DNA from: an uncultured bacterium
Lineage (GTDB): Bacteria; Eisenbacteria; RBG-16-71-46
Reading direction: 5' to 3'
NCBI GenBank assembly: GCA_964589945.1
Contig: CAZPVG010000009.1
Span: 20,066 to 84,065 of the forward strand
DNA: 64,000 nucleotides
In this document: positions 19,027 through 28,768 of the stretch, piece by piece
How positions within the stretch are numbered: position 1 is the first letter of the stretch
Layout of the letters: each line of letters begins with the position of its first letter
Program-made: the position numbers and the translations under genes
The notes under the pieces: model-generated
Databases searched by the model: none
Told to the model about the DNA's origin: nothing
The model's input: the letters and a program-made list of their open reading frames with translations, nothing else

Positions 19027-20529
19027 TCAGCGCGCCACGCGGCCGTAGGTGACGGCCAGCTCCCCGAGGCGCTCCGCCACCCGCCCGTCGAGCGCGCCGG
19101 GCGCGAGCCGCCAGGTCCAGTTCCCCGACGGACGGCCCGGGAAGTTCATGCGCGCCTCGCTGCCGAGCCCGAGGAGGTCCTGGGCGGGGACGACGCACGT
19201 GTCGGCGACCGAGCCCATGCCGGCGCGCAGGAAGTCCCAGCCGGGCTCGCTCACGTCGCGGCCGAGGTAGCGGCGCGCGTGGTCGCGATCCGCCTCGCGG
19301 GCCGTCGCCCACCAGCCGGCCGTGGTGTCGTTGTCGTGCGTGCCCGTGTAGACGACCGTGTTCGGCACGTAGCGATGCGGCAGGAAGATGTTGTCCGGCC
19401 CCGAGTCGAACGCGAAGTGCAGCACCTTCATGCCCGGGAACTCGAACGCGTCGCGGAGCTCCTCGACTTCTGGCGTCAGCAGCCCCAGGTCCTCCGCGAG
19501 GATGGGCAGCGGGCCCAGCGCGGCCTCGAGCGCGTGGAAGAGCGCGTGGGCCGGCCCGGGCTCGAAGTGGCCCGAGCGCGCGTCTTCGGCCCCGGCCGGG
19601 ATGGACCAGCAGCGCTCGAACCCGATGAAGTGGTCGAGCCGCACGCGGTCGAACTGGGTGAAGATCGAGCGCAGGCGCGCGAGCCACCACGCGTAGCCGT
19701 CGGCCGCCATCACGTCCCACCGGTAGAGCGGGTTGCCCCAGAGCTGGCCCGTCTCGCTGAAGTAGTCGGGCGGCACGCCCGCGACCGCCGTGGGCTGACC
19801 GTCGTCGTCCAGCTGGAAGAGCCCCGGCTCGGCCCACACGTCGGCGCTGTCGTGCGCGGCGAAGATGGGGGCGTCGCCCACGATGGCGACGCCGCGCGCG
19901 GCGGCGTGCGCGCGCAGGGCGGCCCACTGCCGGGCGAACGTCCACTGCATGAACTCGTGGAGGAACACCCCGCGACCGTGTTCCGCACGCGCGTTCCCGA
20001 GCGCCGCGGCCTCGCGGCGGCGCAGCGGCGCGGGCCACTCCGCCCACGGCGCACCCCCGGCGGCGTCCTTGAGCGCCATGAACAGCGCGTACGAGCCGAG
20101 CCACGACGAGGCCTGCGAGCGCCACTCGTCGAACGCCCCGTGCAGCCGGCCCGCGTGGGACCGGCCGCGCTCGAAACGGTCCGCCGCGCGCGCGAGCAGG
20201 CCGCGCTTCCAGGCGATCACCGCCCCGTAGTCCACGTGGCCGGCCGGGAAGTCCGGCCGCGACTCGAGATCGGCGGGCTCGAGGAGCCCGTCGGCGACGA
20301 GCGCCTCGGGGCTCGTCAGAAGCGGGTTGCCCGCGAACGCCGAGAAGCACTGGTACGGCGAGTCGCCGTAGCCGGTCGGTCCGAGCGGCAGCAGCTGCCA
20401 CAGGGACTGGCCGGCCGAGGCGAGCCAGTCCACGAACCGGAACGCCTCGGGGCCCGCGTCCCCGATGCCCCAGGGGCCGGGCAGGGACGTCGGGTGCAGC
20501 AGGACACCGCTGGAACGTGGAAAGCGCAT
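19027..20529 (-). CDS. malQ: 4-alpha-glucanotransferase (amylomaltase)
   Basis: Start trimmed to the conserved MRFPRSSGVLLHPTSLPG N-terminus. GH77 motifs (DHFIGFER, VVYTGTHDNDT). Confidence 0.85.
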   Translation of the reverse strand: MRFPRSSGVLLHPTSLPGPWGIGDAGPEAFRFVDWLASAGQSLWQLLPLGPTGYGDSPYQCFSAFAGNPLLTSPEALVADGLLEPADLESRPDFPAGHVDYGAVIAWKRGLLARAADRFERGRSHAGRLHGAFDEWRSQASSWLGSYALFMALKDAAGGAPWAEWPAPLRRREAAALGNARAEHGRGVFLHEFMQWTFARQWAALRAHAAARGVAIVGDAPIFAAHDSADVWAEPGLFQLDDDGQPTAVAGVPPDYFSETGQLWGNPLYRWDVMAADGYAWWLARLRSIFTQFDRVRLDHFIGFERCWSIPAGAEDARSGHFEPGPAHALFHALEAALGPLPILAEDLGLLTPEVEELRDAFEFPGMKVLHFAFDSGPDNIFLPHRYVPNTVVYTGTHDNDTTAGWWATAREADRDHARRYLGRDVSEPGWDFLRAGMGSVADTCVVPAQDLLGLGSEARMNFPGRPSGNWTWRLAPGALDGRVAERLGELAVTYGRVAR

Positions 20530-20670
20530 CGCGGGCCTCGTCGGGTGGGAGGTCGGAGGGGGCGCATTCTGCGGCGAACTCCCGTCCCGGCTCAAGGCGC
20601 CGCCCGGCCCGCCGGGTTATCGTGGGGGACGGCCCGGTGGTGCCGGGCCGCATCCCTTCCGGAGGTTTCC

Positions 20671-22245
20671 ATGCGCGCCGTTCGATTCGCGGCCTGCTTC
20701 GCCCTGCTCGCCTGCGCCCCGTTCGCGCCCGGCGCGACCCGCGCCGCGGAGCCCTCGGGCGCCTTCGTGCTCACCGCCGGCGGCGACACGCTCGCGATCG
20801 AGCGCTTCGAGCGCTCGGGCGGCGGGCTGCGCGGCACGCTGCTGTTCCGCCTCACCGGCACGCGCACGACCTGGCGCACGAGCGAGCTTCCCGGCGGACG
20901 CGTCGCGCGCTTCGAGGCCGAGTTCGCGGCCGCCGCCGATCCGCCCGGCGCACCGCCGAAGCAGGCGGTCGTCGTCGAGTTCCGGGGCGACAGCGCGATC
21001 GCCCAGGTCACCCCCGGCGGCACGCAGCGCTTCGGGACCGAGGCGGGGGCGAGGCCGTTCGTGAATCCCTCCGTGGCGCTCGTCGCCGACCTCGCGGTGC
21101 ACACGATGCCGCCGCCGGGCGGGACCGCCACGGGCGCGCTCTTCCTGCTCGCGGGCGGGCGCACCGTCGAGGCGAGGATCACGCGGCCCGCGGCCGACAG
21201 CGTCGTCGTCGCATTCGGGGGCGTGTCGTTCTGCTTCGGGCTCGACGCGGACGGGGACGTCGTGCGCGGGCGCGTGCCCGAGCAGAACCTGGCGATCGCC
21301 CGCGTGGACTCGCTGCCGGACGACCTGCTCTCGCTGCCGCACGCGGACTACTCGGCCCCCGCGGGCGCGCCGTACACGGCCGAGGAGGTTACGGTTCCGA
21401 CGCGCGGCGGGTTCACGCTCGCGGGCACGCTGACGCGGCCGGCCGGCGTGCGGCGCGCCCCGTGCGTCGTGACGATCACCGGCTCGGGGCAGCAGGACCG
21501 CGACGAGTCCATCGCGTTCGTCCACGGCTACCGGCCCTTCCGCGAGATCGCCGATGCGCTCGGCCGGCACGGCATCGCCGTCCTGCGGCTCGACGACCGC
21601 GGCGTCGGCGGCTCGGGGGGGCCCGTGCGCGGCGCGACGACGGAGGACTTCGCGCAGGACATCGAGGACGCGCTGGCGTGGCTGCGGAAGCGCCCGGACA
21701 TCGACGGCCGGCGCCTCGCGCTCCTCGGGCACAGCGAGGGCGGGATCATTGCGCCCATGGTCGCCGCGCACGACTCGCGGCTCCGTGGCATCGTGCTCCT
21801 TGCGGCGCCCGCGTGGACGGGCCGGCGCATCCTCGAGTACCAGAACGCCTGGGCGATCGACCACCACGTGGCGGCGGCCGGGCGCGACTCCGCGCGTCGC
21901 GCCGCGGCGGCCGGCGTGGACAGCCTCGCGAAGCGCGACGCGTGGCTCGCGTACTTCCTCGACCACGACCCGCTCGCGACGATCCGCGGGGTGAAGGTGC
22001 CCGTGCTCGTGCTGCAGGGGGAGACGGACCGGCAGGTACCGGCGGAGCAGGCTCCGGAGCTCGTCGAGGCCCTTCGTGCGGCCGGCAACCGCGACGTGAC
22101 GCTGCGCGAGTTCCCGGCGGTGGACCACCTGTTCCTCGAGGATCCCGACGGGGACCCCGCCGGCTACGCGCACCTCCGCACGAGCACGCTCGCGCAGCCG
22201 GTCCTGGACGCGATCGTGGAGTGGCTCGGGAAGCGGCTGCGCTGA
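20671..22245 (+). CDS. Secreted alpha/beta-hydrolase with an N-terminal domain of unknown function
   Basis: Signal peptide, GHSEGG nucleophile elbow, GGAGGT ribosome-binding site 4 nt upstream of the ATG. The enclosing 1120-aa ORF is a shadow frame. Confidence 0.7.
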   Translation: MRAVRFAACFALLACAPFAPGATRAAEPSGAFVLTAGGDTLAIERFERSGGGLRGTLLFRLTGTRTTWRTSELPGGRVARFEAEFAAAADPPGAPPKQAVVVEFRGDSAIAQVTPGGTQRFGTEAGARPFVNPSVALVADLAVHTMPPPGGTATGALFLLAGGRTVEARITRPAADSVVVAFGGVSFCFGLDADGDVVRGRVPEQNLAIARVDSLPDDLLSLPHADYSAPAGAPYTAEEVTVPTRGGFTLAGTLTRPAGVRRAPCVVTITGSGQQDRDESIAFVHGYRPFREIADALGRHGIAVLRLDDRGVGGSGGPVRGATTEDFAQDIEDALAWLRKRPDIDGRRLALLGHSEGGIIAPMVAAHDSRLRGIVLLAAPAWTGRRILEYQNAWAIDHHVAAAGRDSARRAAAAGVDSLAKRDAWLAYFLDHDPLATIRGVKVPVLVLQGETDRQVPAEQAPELVEALRAAGNRDVTLREFPAVDHLFLEDPDGDPAGYAHLRTSTLAQPVLDAIVEWLGKRLR

Positions 22246-22278
22246 AGCGCGGGCGGGCCGCCCCGCCCGCGCTTCAGC
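22241..22278. terminator. 17-bp perfect GC-rich hairpin shared by two convergent genes (bidirectional terminator candidate)
   Basis: GCTGAAGCGCGGGCGGG-ccgc-CCCGCCCGCGCTTCAGC. Both stop codons (TGA 22243-22245 on + and TCA 22274-22276 for tkt) lie inside the stem. No U-tract. Confidence 0.5.
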
Positions 22279-24289
22279 GGCGCGCCCACTCCAGCACGCG
22301 CTGCGCGACCGCCTCGCCCGTGAGGCCGAAATGCGCGGCGAGCGCCGCCGCGGGGGCCGACTCTCCGAAGCGGTCGAGCCCGATCGCGAGGCCCGACTCG
22401 CCGACGAAGGGCCGCCAGTACCACGTGACGCCGGCCTCGAGGCTGACGCGGCGGCCGCCGGGGGGCAGCACCCGGTCGCGCCACGCGGAGTCCTGCTCGA
22501 GGAAGCGCTGCGGCGCGGGCATGCTCACGACGCGCACGGCGACGCCCGACGTGCCCAGCCGCTCCGCCGCGTCCACCGCGACCCCGACCTCGGAGCCGGT
22601 GGCGATGATCGTGATCGCGTCACGCGCCTGCGCCTCGCGCAGCACGTAGCCCCCGCGGCGCAGGTCGCCGGGAGAGAATCCCGCGGGGCGCGACAGCGCG
22701 GGCGTGGACTGGCGCGTCAGCGCGATCAAGGTCGGCCCGTCGCGCCGCTCGATCGCGATGCCCCAGGCCGCCGCCGTCTCGAGCCCGTCGGCCGGCCGGA
22801 CGACGAGCAGGTTCGGGATCGCGCGCAGCGCGGCGAGGTGCTCGACGGGCTGGTGCGTCGGCCCGTCCTCGCCGAGCAGGATGCTGTCGTGCGTGAAGAT
22901 CCAGATGTTCGGCAGCTTCATGAGCGCCGCGAGCCGCAGGCTCGGCCGCGCGTAGTCGGTGAAGACAAGGAACGACGAGGCGTACGGGATCCAGCCGGCG
23001 GCGAGCGCGAGGCCGTTCATCATCGCGCCCATGCCGTGCTCGCGGATCCCGAAGTGGAAGTTGCGGCCCGAGAAGTCGCCGCGCTTCACGCCCGGCGAGC
23101 CCTTGATGAACGTCTTCGTGCTCGGCTCGAGGTCGGCGCTCCCGCCGACGAGCCCGGGCAGGAGGGCGGCCGCCTTCTGCAGCACCGCGTTGCCATGCGC
23201 GCGCGTCGCGCCCGCGCCGGCGGGCGCGTCGGCGCACAGGCGCTCGAGGAGACCGGCGGGCACGGTGCGCCCCTCGATCGCGTCCCAGAGCTCCGCCTTC
23301 GCCGGATTCGCGGCCCGCCAGGCCGCGAATCCGGACTTCCACGCGTCGTAGGCCGGGCGCAGCTCGGCCGCACGCGCCGCGAAGCGCTCGCGCACGCCGT
23401 CGGGCACGAGGAAGGAGGGCGACTCCGGCCATCCGAGCGCGCGCTTCGCCCCGGCCAGCTCCTCGGCGCCGAGCGGCTCGCCGTGCGCGTGCCGCGTGTC
23501 CTGCTTCTTCGGCGCGCCGTAGCCGATGTGGCTGCGCGTGATCACCAGGCTCGGGCGCTCCCCGTCCGCCACGGCCGCCGAGAGCGCGCGCTCGAGGTCG
23601 GCATGGTCGTAGGGGTCCGCCCGGAGCACCTGCCAGCCGTAGGCCTCGAAGCGCTTCCCGACGTCCTCGCTGAACGCGAGCGAGGTGTCGCCCTCGATGG
23701 TGACGTGGTTGTCGTCGTAGACGAACACGAGGTTGCCGAGGCCGAGGTGCCCCGCGAGCGAGGCGGCCTCGTGCGAGACGCCCTCCATGAGGTCACCGTC
23801 CCCGCAGATGCCGAAGACCCGCCAGGTGACGGGGGAGAAGCCCGACCCGTTGAACCGCGCGGCGGCCATCTTCGCCGCGAGCGCCATGCCCGCCGCGTTG
23901 CCGATGCCCTGGCCGAGCGGTCCCGTCGTCGTTTCGACGCCGGGCGTGTCGCCGTGCTCGGGATGCCCGGGCGTGCGGCTGCCGAGCTGGCGGAAGCCCT
24001 GCAGGTCTTCCATCGAAAGGTCGTACCCGGCGAGGTGCAGCGTCGCGTAGAGCAGCATCGAGCCGTGCCCGGCGCTCAGCACGAAGCGGTCGCGGTCGGG
24101 CCAGGCCGGATCCTGCGGCTGCCAGCGCAGGAACTTCGTCCAGATCACGTACGCGACGTCCGCCATGCCCATCGGCATGCCGGGGTGCCCGGAGTTGGCC
24201 TTCTCGACCGCGTCGGCCGCGAGGAAGCGGATCGTGTTCGCGCACCGCTGGTCGAGGGCCGGGTTGACCTGGGTCGGCAGGGGAGTCAT
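22274..24289 (-). CDS. tkt: Transketolase
   Basis: 671 aa with a GHPG TPP motif and typical N-terminal [23 protein letters not shown]. Confidence 0.9.
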   Translation of the reverse strand: MTPLPTQVNPALDQRCANTIRFLAADAVEKANSGHPGMPMGMADVAYVIWTKFLRWQPQDPAWPDRDRFVLSAGHGSMLLYATLHLAGYDLSMEDLQGFRQLGSRTPGHPEHGDTPGVETTTGPLGQGIGNAAGMALAAKMAAARFNGSGFSPVTWRVFGICGDGDLMEGVSHEAASLAGHLGLGNLVFVYDDNHVTIEGDTSLAFSEDVGKRFEAYGWQVLRADPYDHADLERALSAAVADGERPSLVITRSHIGYGAPKKQDTRHAHGEPLGAEELAGAKRALGWPESPSFLVPDGVRERFAARAAELRPAYDAWKSGFAAWRAANPAKAELWDAIEGRTVPAGLLERLCADAPAGAGATRAHGNAVLQKAAALLPGLVGGSADLEPSTKTFIKGSPGVKRGDFSGRNFHFGIREHGMGAMMNGLALAAGWIPYASSFLVFTDYARPSLRLAALMKLPNIWIFTHDSILLGEDGPTHQPVEHLAALRAIPNLLVVRPADGLETAAAWGIAIERRDGPTLIALTRQSTPALSRPAGFSPGDLRRGGYVLREAQARDAITIIATGSEVGVAVDAAERLGTSGVAVRVVSMPAPQRFLEQDSAWRDRVLPPGGRRVSLEAGVTWYWRPFVGESGLAIGLDRFGESAPAAALAAHFGLTGEAVAQRVLEWARR

Positions 24290-25266
24290 TCGGGTTTTCC
24301 TCTCCGCGCGAGGGCGGCGGCGCCCCAGAGGGCGGTCTTGGAATCGAGCACCACGGAAACCGGGATCCGGGAGAGCAGCGGGCTCAGGCGGCCCTTGTCG
24401 AAGAAGGCGTGGACGAAGCGCCCGCGCGTCAGGATCGGCAGGAGCTTCGGCGCGATGCCGCCGCCCACATAGACGCCCCCGAGCGCCAGCGCCTTGAGCG
24501 CGAGGTTGCCGGCTTCGGCGCCGTAGACGTCCACGAACAGCTCGAGCGCGAACCGGGCCCGCTCGCAGGAGCCGTCGAGCGCCGTCTCGCTCACGACCAC
24601 CGCCGGATCGGGCGCGGCGTCGAAGCGCATCGCCGCCGAGGCCGGCTCCTCGCCGCGCTTCACGTCGCGGCAGAAGCGGTAGACGTCGGCGATGCCGGGC
24701 CCCGAGAGGATGCGCTCGTAGCTCACGCGCCCGTACTTGCCGCGCAGCCAGTGGAGCAGCTCGTCCTCGAGCACGTTGCGCGGGGCGAAGTCCGTGTGCC
24801 CGCCCTCGGACGCCATCGGCTCCCAGGTCCCGCCGTCCCAGTGCAGGATCGCCTCGCCGAGTCCCGTGCCCGCAGCGATCAGCGCGCGGTTGCCCTGCGC
24901 CGGCTCGCCGGGCTGCAGCCGGAGCAGGTCGGTCTCGGCGAGGACGCCGAGCCCCCAGCCCGTCGCCTCCAGGTCGTTGAGCAGCGTGACCGGGGCGCCG
25001 AGGCTCTTCGAGAGCTCGTCCCCGTCGATCTCCCAGGGGAGGTTCGTCGTGACGCAGCGGTTGTCGGCGACCGGTCCCGCGATGCCCAGCACGCAGCGCG
25101 TCGGACGCGCGCCGGCGCGCCCGACGAAGGCGTGCAGGATCGCGTCGAGCCCCGGGGAGCCGTGCGTCGGCACGCGCTCCTGGACCGAGGGGGCGCGTGG
25201 CTCGGCGCCGGGTGGGAACAGGGCGAGCTGGGCCTTCGTGCCCCCGATGTCGCCGGCGAGAATCAT
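24286..25266 (-). CDS. glk: Glucokinase
   Basis: [19 protein letters not shown]/glucokinase N-terminus. Its stop overlaps the tkt start (ATGA), so the two are coupled. An alternative GTG start lies at 25278. Confidence 0.85.
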   Translation of the reverse strand: MILAGDIGGTKAQLALFPPGAEPRAPSVQERVPTHGSPGLDAILHAFVGRAGARPTRCVLGIAGPVADNRCVTTNLPWEIDGDELSKSLGAPVTLLNDLEATGWGLGVLAETDLLRLQPGEPAQGNRALIAAGTGLGEAILHWDGGTWEPMASEGGHTDFAPRNVLEDELLHWLRGKYGRVSYERILSGPGIADVYRFCRDVKRGEEPASAAMRFDAAPDPAVVVSETALDGSCERARFALELFVDVYGAEAGNLALKALALGGVYVGGGIAPKLLPILTRGRFVHAFFDKGRLSPLLSRIPVSVVLDSKTALWGAAALARRGKPE

Positions 25267-25363
25267 GCGAGAGCCCACTCTAAGGTCGCCGGCGGTGCGG
25301 CGACAACCGGCGCCCGCCGCGGGCCCAACGGGAGCTTGATGCGCCGGTCCTTCCGCGCCTAAC

Positions 25364-26569
25364 GTGCGTGGTCCGGCCGCGAGCCCGCGTCCCCGAGGAG
25401 TCCATCCGCCCGTGAACGCCCCGCTTCCCGAACTGACGCCCGACGAGCTCCGGCGCTACGGCCGGCATCTCGTGCTGCCCGAAGTCGGACTCGAGGGCCA
25501 GCGACGCCTGAAGGCCGGGAGCGTGCTCGTCGTCGGCGCGGGCGGGCTCGGCTCGCCCGCCGCGCTCTACCTCGCGGCCGCCGGCGTGGGACGCCTGGGG
25601 ATCGTGGACTTCGACGCCGTGGACGAGAGCAACCTGCAGCGCCAGGTCGCGCACGGCACCGCCGCGATCGGCCGCCCCAAGCTCGACTCGATGCGCGAGC
25701 GGCTCGCGGACCTGAACCCGAGGGTCGCGATCGAGACGCACGACGTGCGGCTCGACCGCGACAACGCGCTCGGGATCCTCGGCGGATACGACGTCGTACT
25801 CGACGGCACCGACAACTTCGCGACGCGCTATCTCGTGAACGACGCCTGCGCGCTGCTCGGGAAGCCGAACGTCTACGGCAGCATCCTGCGCTTCGAGGGT
25901 CAGGCAAGCGTCTTCGACGCGGCGCGCGGCCCCTGCTACCGGTGCCTGTTCCCGGCGCCGCCGCCGCCGGGGGTCGTTCCGAACTGCGCCGAGGCCGGCG
26001 TGCTCGGCGTGCTGCCGGGCGTCATCGGCTCGATCCAGGCGAACGAGGCGATCAAGCTGCTGCTCGGCGGCGGCGAGACCCTGCTCGGGCGGCTGCTGCT
26101 CTACGACGCGTGGTCGCTCACGTTCCGGGAGCTCGAGCTGCGCAAGGACCCCGCGTGCCCGCTCTGCGGCGACTCGCCGACGATCCGCGAGCTCGTGGAC
26201 TACGAGGAGCTCTGCGGCACGAAGGCCGAGCCGCCCGCGCGCCGCGGGCGTCGCGAGCGGGTCTCGGCCCGCGAGCTGGCGGAGTTGCGCGCGAACGGCG
26301 CGGCGTTCACGCTGCTCGACGTGCGCGAGCCGTTCGAGCTCGCGATCGCCGGCCTCGACGGCGTGACGCACATCCCGATGGGCGTGCTGCCGGTGCGCGC
26401 GCACGAGCTGGACCGCTCGCGCCCGGTCGTGGTGATCTGCCACCACGGCACGCGCAGTTCCCTCGCGGCGCGCTGGCTCCGCGAGAACGGCTTCGAGGAC
26501 GTGACGGACCTGGAGGGCGGCATCGAGGCGTGGTCGCGGGAGGTGGACCCGTCGGTGCCGAGGTACTGA
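25364..26569 (+). CDS. moeZ: MoeB/ThiF-type adenylyltransferase with C-terminal rhodanese domain (MoeZ-like sulfur-carrier-protein adenylyltransferase/sulfurtransferase)
   Basis: RYGRHL…VLVVGAGGLGSPAALYLAAAGVG E1-like fold, two CxxC pairs, and a C-terminal rhodanese with catalytic CHHGTRS. Alternative GTG start at 25412. Confidence 0.8.
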   Translation: MRGPAASPRPRGVHPPVNAPLPELTPDELRRYGRHLVLPEVGLEGQRRLKAGSVLVVGAGGLGSPAALYLAAAGVGRLGIVDFDAVDESNLQRQVAHGTAAIGRPKLDSMRERLADLNPRVAIETHDVRLDRDNALGILGGYDVVLDGTDNFATRYLVNDACALLGKPNVYGSILRFEGQASVFDAARGPCYRCLFPAPPPPGVVPNCAEAGVLGVLPGVIGSIQANEAIKLLLGGGETLLGRLLLYDAWSLTFRELELRKDPACPLCGDSPTIRELVDYEELCGTKAEPPARRGRRERVSARELAELRANGAAFTLLDVREPFELAIAGLDGVTHIPMGVLPVRAHELDRSRPVVVICHHGTRSSLAARWLRENGFEDVTDLEGGIEAWSREVDPSVPRY

Positions 26570-26587
26570 AAGAGGGAGGACGGAATC

Positions 26588-28066
26588 GTGATCCGACGAC
26601 TCACGGGGCGGCGCGCCGCGGGGGTGCTCGCGGGCGTCGTGCTCGCCGCGGCGCTCGCGGGCTGCGCGACGAATCCGGCCACGGGCCGGCGCGAGTTCTC
26701 GCTCGTCAGCGCCGAGCAGGAGAAGCAGATCGGCCGCGAGGGGTACCCCGCGACCCTCGCCGAGTACGGGCAGTACGACGACGCGGCCCTGGCCGCCTAC
26801 GTGGACAGCATCGGCCAGCGACTCGCGAAGGTCAGCGAGCTGCCGAACCTCGACTGGCACTTCACCGTGCTCGACGACCCGGTCGTGAACGCGTTTGCGA
26901 TGCCGGGCGGCTACATCTACATCACGCGCGGGATCCTCGCGCACCTCGAGTCCGAGGCGCAGCTCGCCGGCGTGCTCGGGCACGAGATCGGCCACGTCAC
27001 CGCGCGCCACTCCGCGAAGCAGATCACGCAGCAGCAGCTCGCCGGCCTCGGCCTCGGGCTCGCAGGCGTCTTCTCGTCCACGTTCCGCCAGTACAGCGGG
27101 GCGGCACAGCAGGCTCTCGGGCTGCTCATGCTCAAGTACAGCCGCGACGACGAGACGCAGGCCGACGCGCTGGGGATCCGCTACGCCTCGGCCGCCGGCT
27201 GGGACCCGCGCGAGATCCCGAAGACCTACGCGACGCTCAAGCGCATCACCGAGCGCAGCGGCTCCAGCCTGCCGTTCTACCTCTCGACGCACCCGGATCC
27301 CGGCGACCGGGAGGAGCGGACGAGCCGGCTCGCGGCCGAGGCCTCGGCCGGGCGGAAGGATCTGGTCGTGCGGGGGCACGCGTACCTCGGGCACCTCGCG
27401 GGGCTCGTGTTCGGTGACGATCCGCGCGAGGGTTACTTCGAGGGAACGCACTACTTCCAGCCGACAATGGGTCTCGAAGTCCTCTTCCCGCAGGGCTGGA
27501 ACGTCCGGAACGGCCATTCGGGCGTCGTCGCCCGGCAGGCGCAGCAGCACGCCGGGCTCCAGCTCACGGTGGCACCGAATGCGGAATCGCGCACGCCGGC
27601 GGAGTACCTCCAGGCGCTCGAGCGAGAGGGCCGCGTCGCGAGCGCCACCGGCGGCGCCGAGACGCTCGGCGGCTGGCCGGCGTGGGTGGGCCGGGTGGCG
27701 CTGCCGCCGGCCCAGCTGGACGCGGCGCCGGTCGTGCTCGATGCGGCATGGGTGCGACAGTCGCCGGACCGGCTGCTGCAGTTCCTCGGGCAGTCCGCGC
27801 TCGCGGGCGACGCGGACGACGACGCAATCTTCGCCGCGATCCGCTCGATCCATCCGCTTCAGGACCCGGCTCGTGCGCATCCCGTGCCCGATCGCCTGAA
27901 GCTCGAGACCGCGCCGGCCTCCGGCACGCTCGCGCAGCTCCTGCCAAGGCTCGGACCGAGCGCGCTGTCCCTCGCCGACCTGTCGATCCTGAACGGCGTG
28001 GACTCGACCGCCACTCTCCCGAAGGGGGACTGGATCAAGATCGTCGAGCCGGGACGCCGGCGTTGA
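26588..28066 (+). CDS. M48-family zinc metalloprotease lipoprotein with a C-terminal LysM-like domain
   Basis: Lipobox LAGC, HEIGH zinc motif, C-terminal LADLSILNGVDSTATLPKGDWIKI. Confidence 0.75.
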   Translation: MIRRLTGRRAAGVLAGVVLAAALAGCATNPATGRREFSLVSAEQEKQIGREGYPATLAEYGQYDDAALAAYVDSIGQRLAKVSELPNLDWHFTVLDDPVVNAFAMPGGYIYITRGILAHLESEAQLAGVLGHEIGHVTARHSAKQITQQQLAGLGLGLAGVFSSTFRQYSGAAQQALGLLMLKYSRDDETQADALGIRYASAAGWDPREIPKTYATLKRITERSGSSLPFYLSTHPDPGDREERTSRLAAEASAGRKDLVVRGHAYLGHLAGLVFGDDPREGYFEGTHYFQPTMGLEVLFPQGWNVRNGHSGVVARQAQQHAGLQLTVAPNAESRTPAEYLQALEREGRVASATGGAETLGGWPAWVGRVALPPAQLDAAPVVLDAAWVRQSPDRLLQFLGQSALAGDADDDAIFAAIRSIHPLQDPARAHPVPDRLKLETAPASGTLAQLLPRLGPSALSLADLSILNGVDSTATLPKGDWIKIVEPGRRR

Positions 28067-28181
28067 GCCGCGGCGTGCAGGTGCGTGTCCCGGCGCGCCG
28101 CGGGCGGGTCGCCGGAATGCCCCTCGCGCGGCGCACGGGGCGCTCCGGATGCCCGCAGTCAGGTCGCGTTCCCGGAACGAT

Positions 28182-28210
28182 TTGACAGCGGCGGCGCCTC
28201 CACCCTAGGT
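28182..28210 (+). promoter_or_regulatory. Candidate sigma-70-like promoter for the ACIII operon (TTGACA-N17-CTAGGT)
   Basis: An exact TTGACA hexamer lies 36 nt upstream of the actA ATG. The -10 match is weak (3/6). The promoter consensus of this lineage is unknown. Confidence 0.25.
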
Positions 28211-28222
28211 TGCCGCCCTGCC

Positions 28223-28753
28223 ATGAAGAAACTCATCGTCGCTACCTCCGTCCTCGCGGCGCTTGCGATCGCTACGGTCGCCTTCACGCAGTCGTTCGGC
28301 GTACAGCTGGGCGAACGCAAGGGGCCGAAGCAGCCGATCGCGTACAGCCACAGGATCCACGCAGGCAAGCTCGGCATGAACTGCCGCTACTGCCACTACG
28401 GCGCCTACAAGTCGCCGTGGGCGAACATCCCCGCGATGAGCACGTGCATGGGCTGCCACAAGATGGCCGTGGCGGACCGGCCCGAGATCCAGAAGCTTGC
28501 GGACTACTACGAGCGCGGCGAGCGGATTCCGTGGGTCAAGGTGCACTACCTGCCCGACCACGTGAAGTTCAACCACAAGCGCCACCTCGCCGCGGGCTTC
28601 GCCTGCCAGACCTGCCACGGCCCCGTGCAGGAGATGGACGTCGTCTACCAGTACAGCTCGCTCAAGATGGGCTGGTGCATCGACTGTCACCGCAAGTACC
28701 TGAACGACCCCAAGCATCCCGCCACGCTCGACTGCGTGGCCTGCCACCACTAG
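28223..28753 (+). CDS. actA: Alternative Complex III subunit ActA, pentahaem cytochrome c
   Basis: Signal/anchor helix, then five CxxCH motifs (CRYCH, CMGCH, CQTCH, CIDCH, CVACH) in 176 aa. Immediately upstream of actB. Confidence 0.85.
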   Translation: MKKLIVATSVLAALAIATVAFTQSFGVQLGERKGPKQPIAYSHRIHAGKLGMNCRYCHYGAYKSPWANIPAMSTCMGCHKMAVADRPEIQKLADYYERGERIPWVKVHYLPDHVKFNHKRHLAAGFACQTCHGPVQEMDVVYQYSSLKMGWCIDCHRKYLNDPKHPATLDCVACHH

Positions 28754-28768
28754 AGGACGCGGACACCC

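Noticed and set aside
19027-20595. malQ beginning at the first ATG (20595)
   Set aside because: The conserved amylomaltase N-terminus (MRFPRSSGVLLHPTSLPG) begins at the second Met, at 20529. The upstream 22 codons are P/S/T low-complexity.
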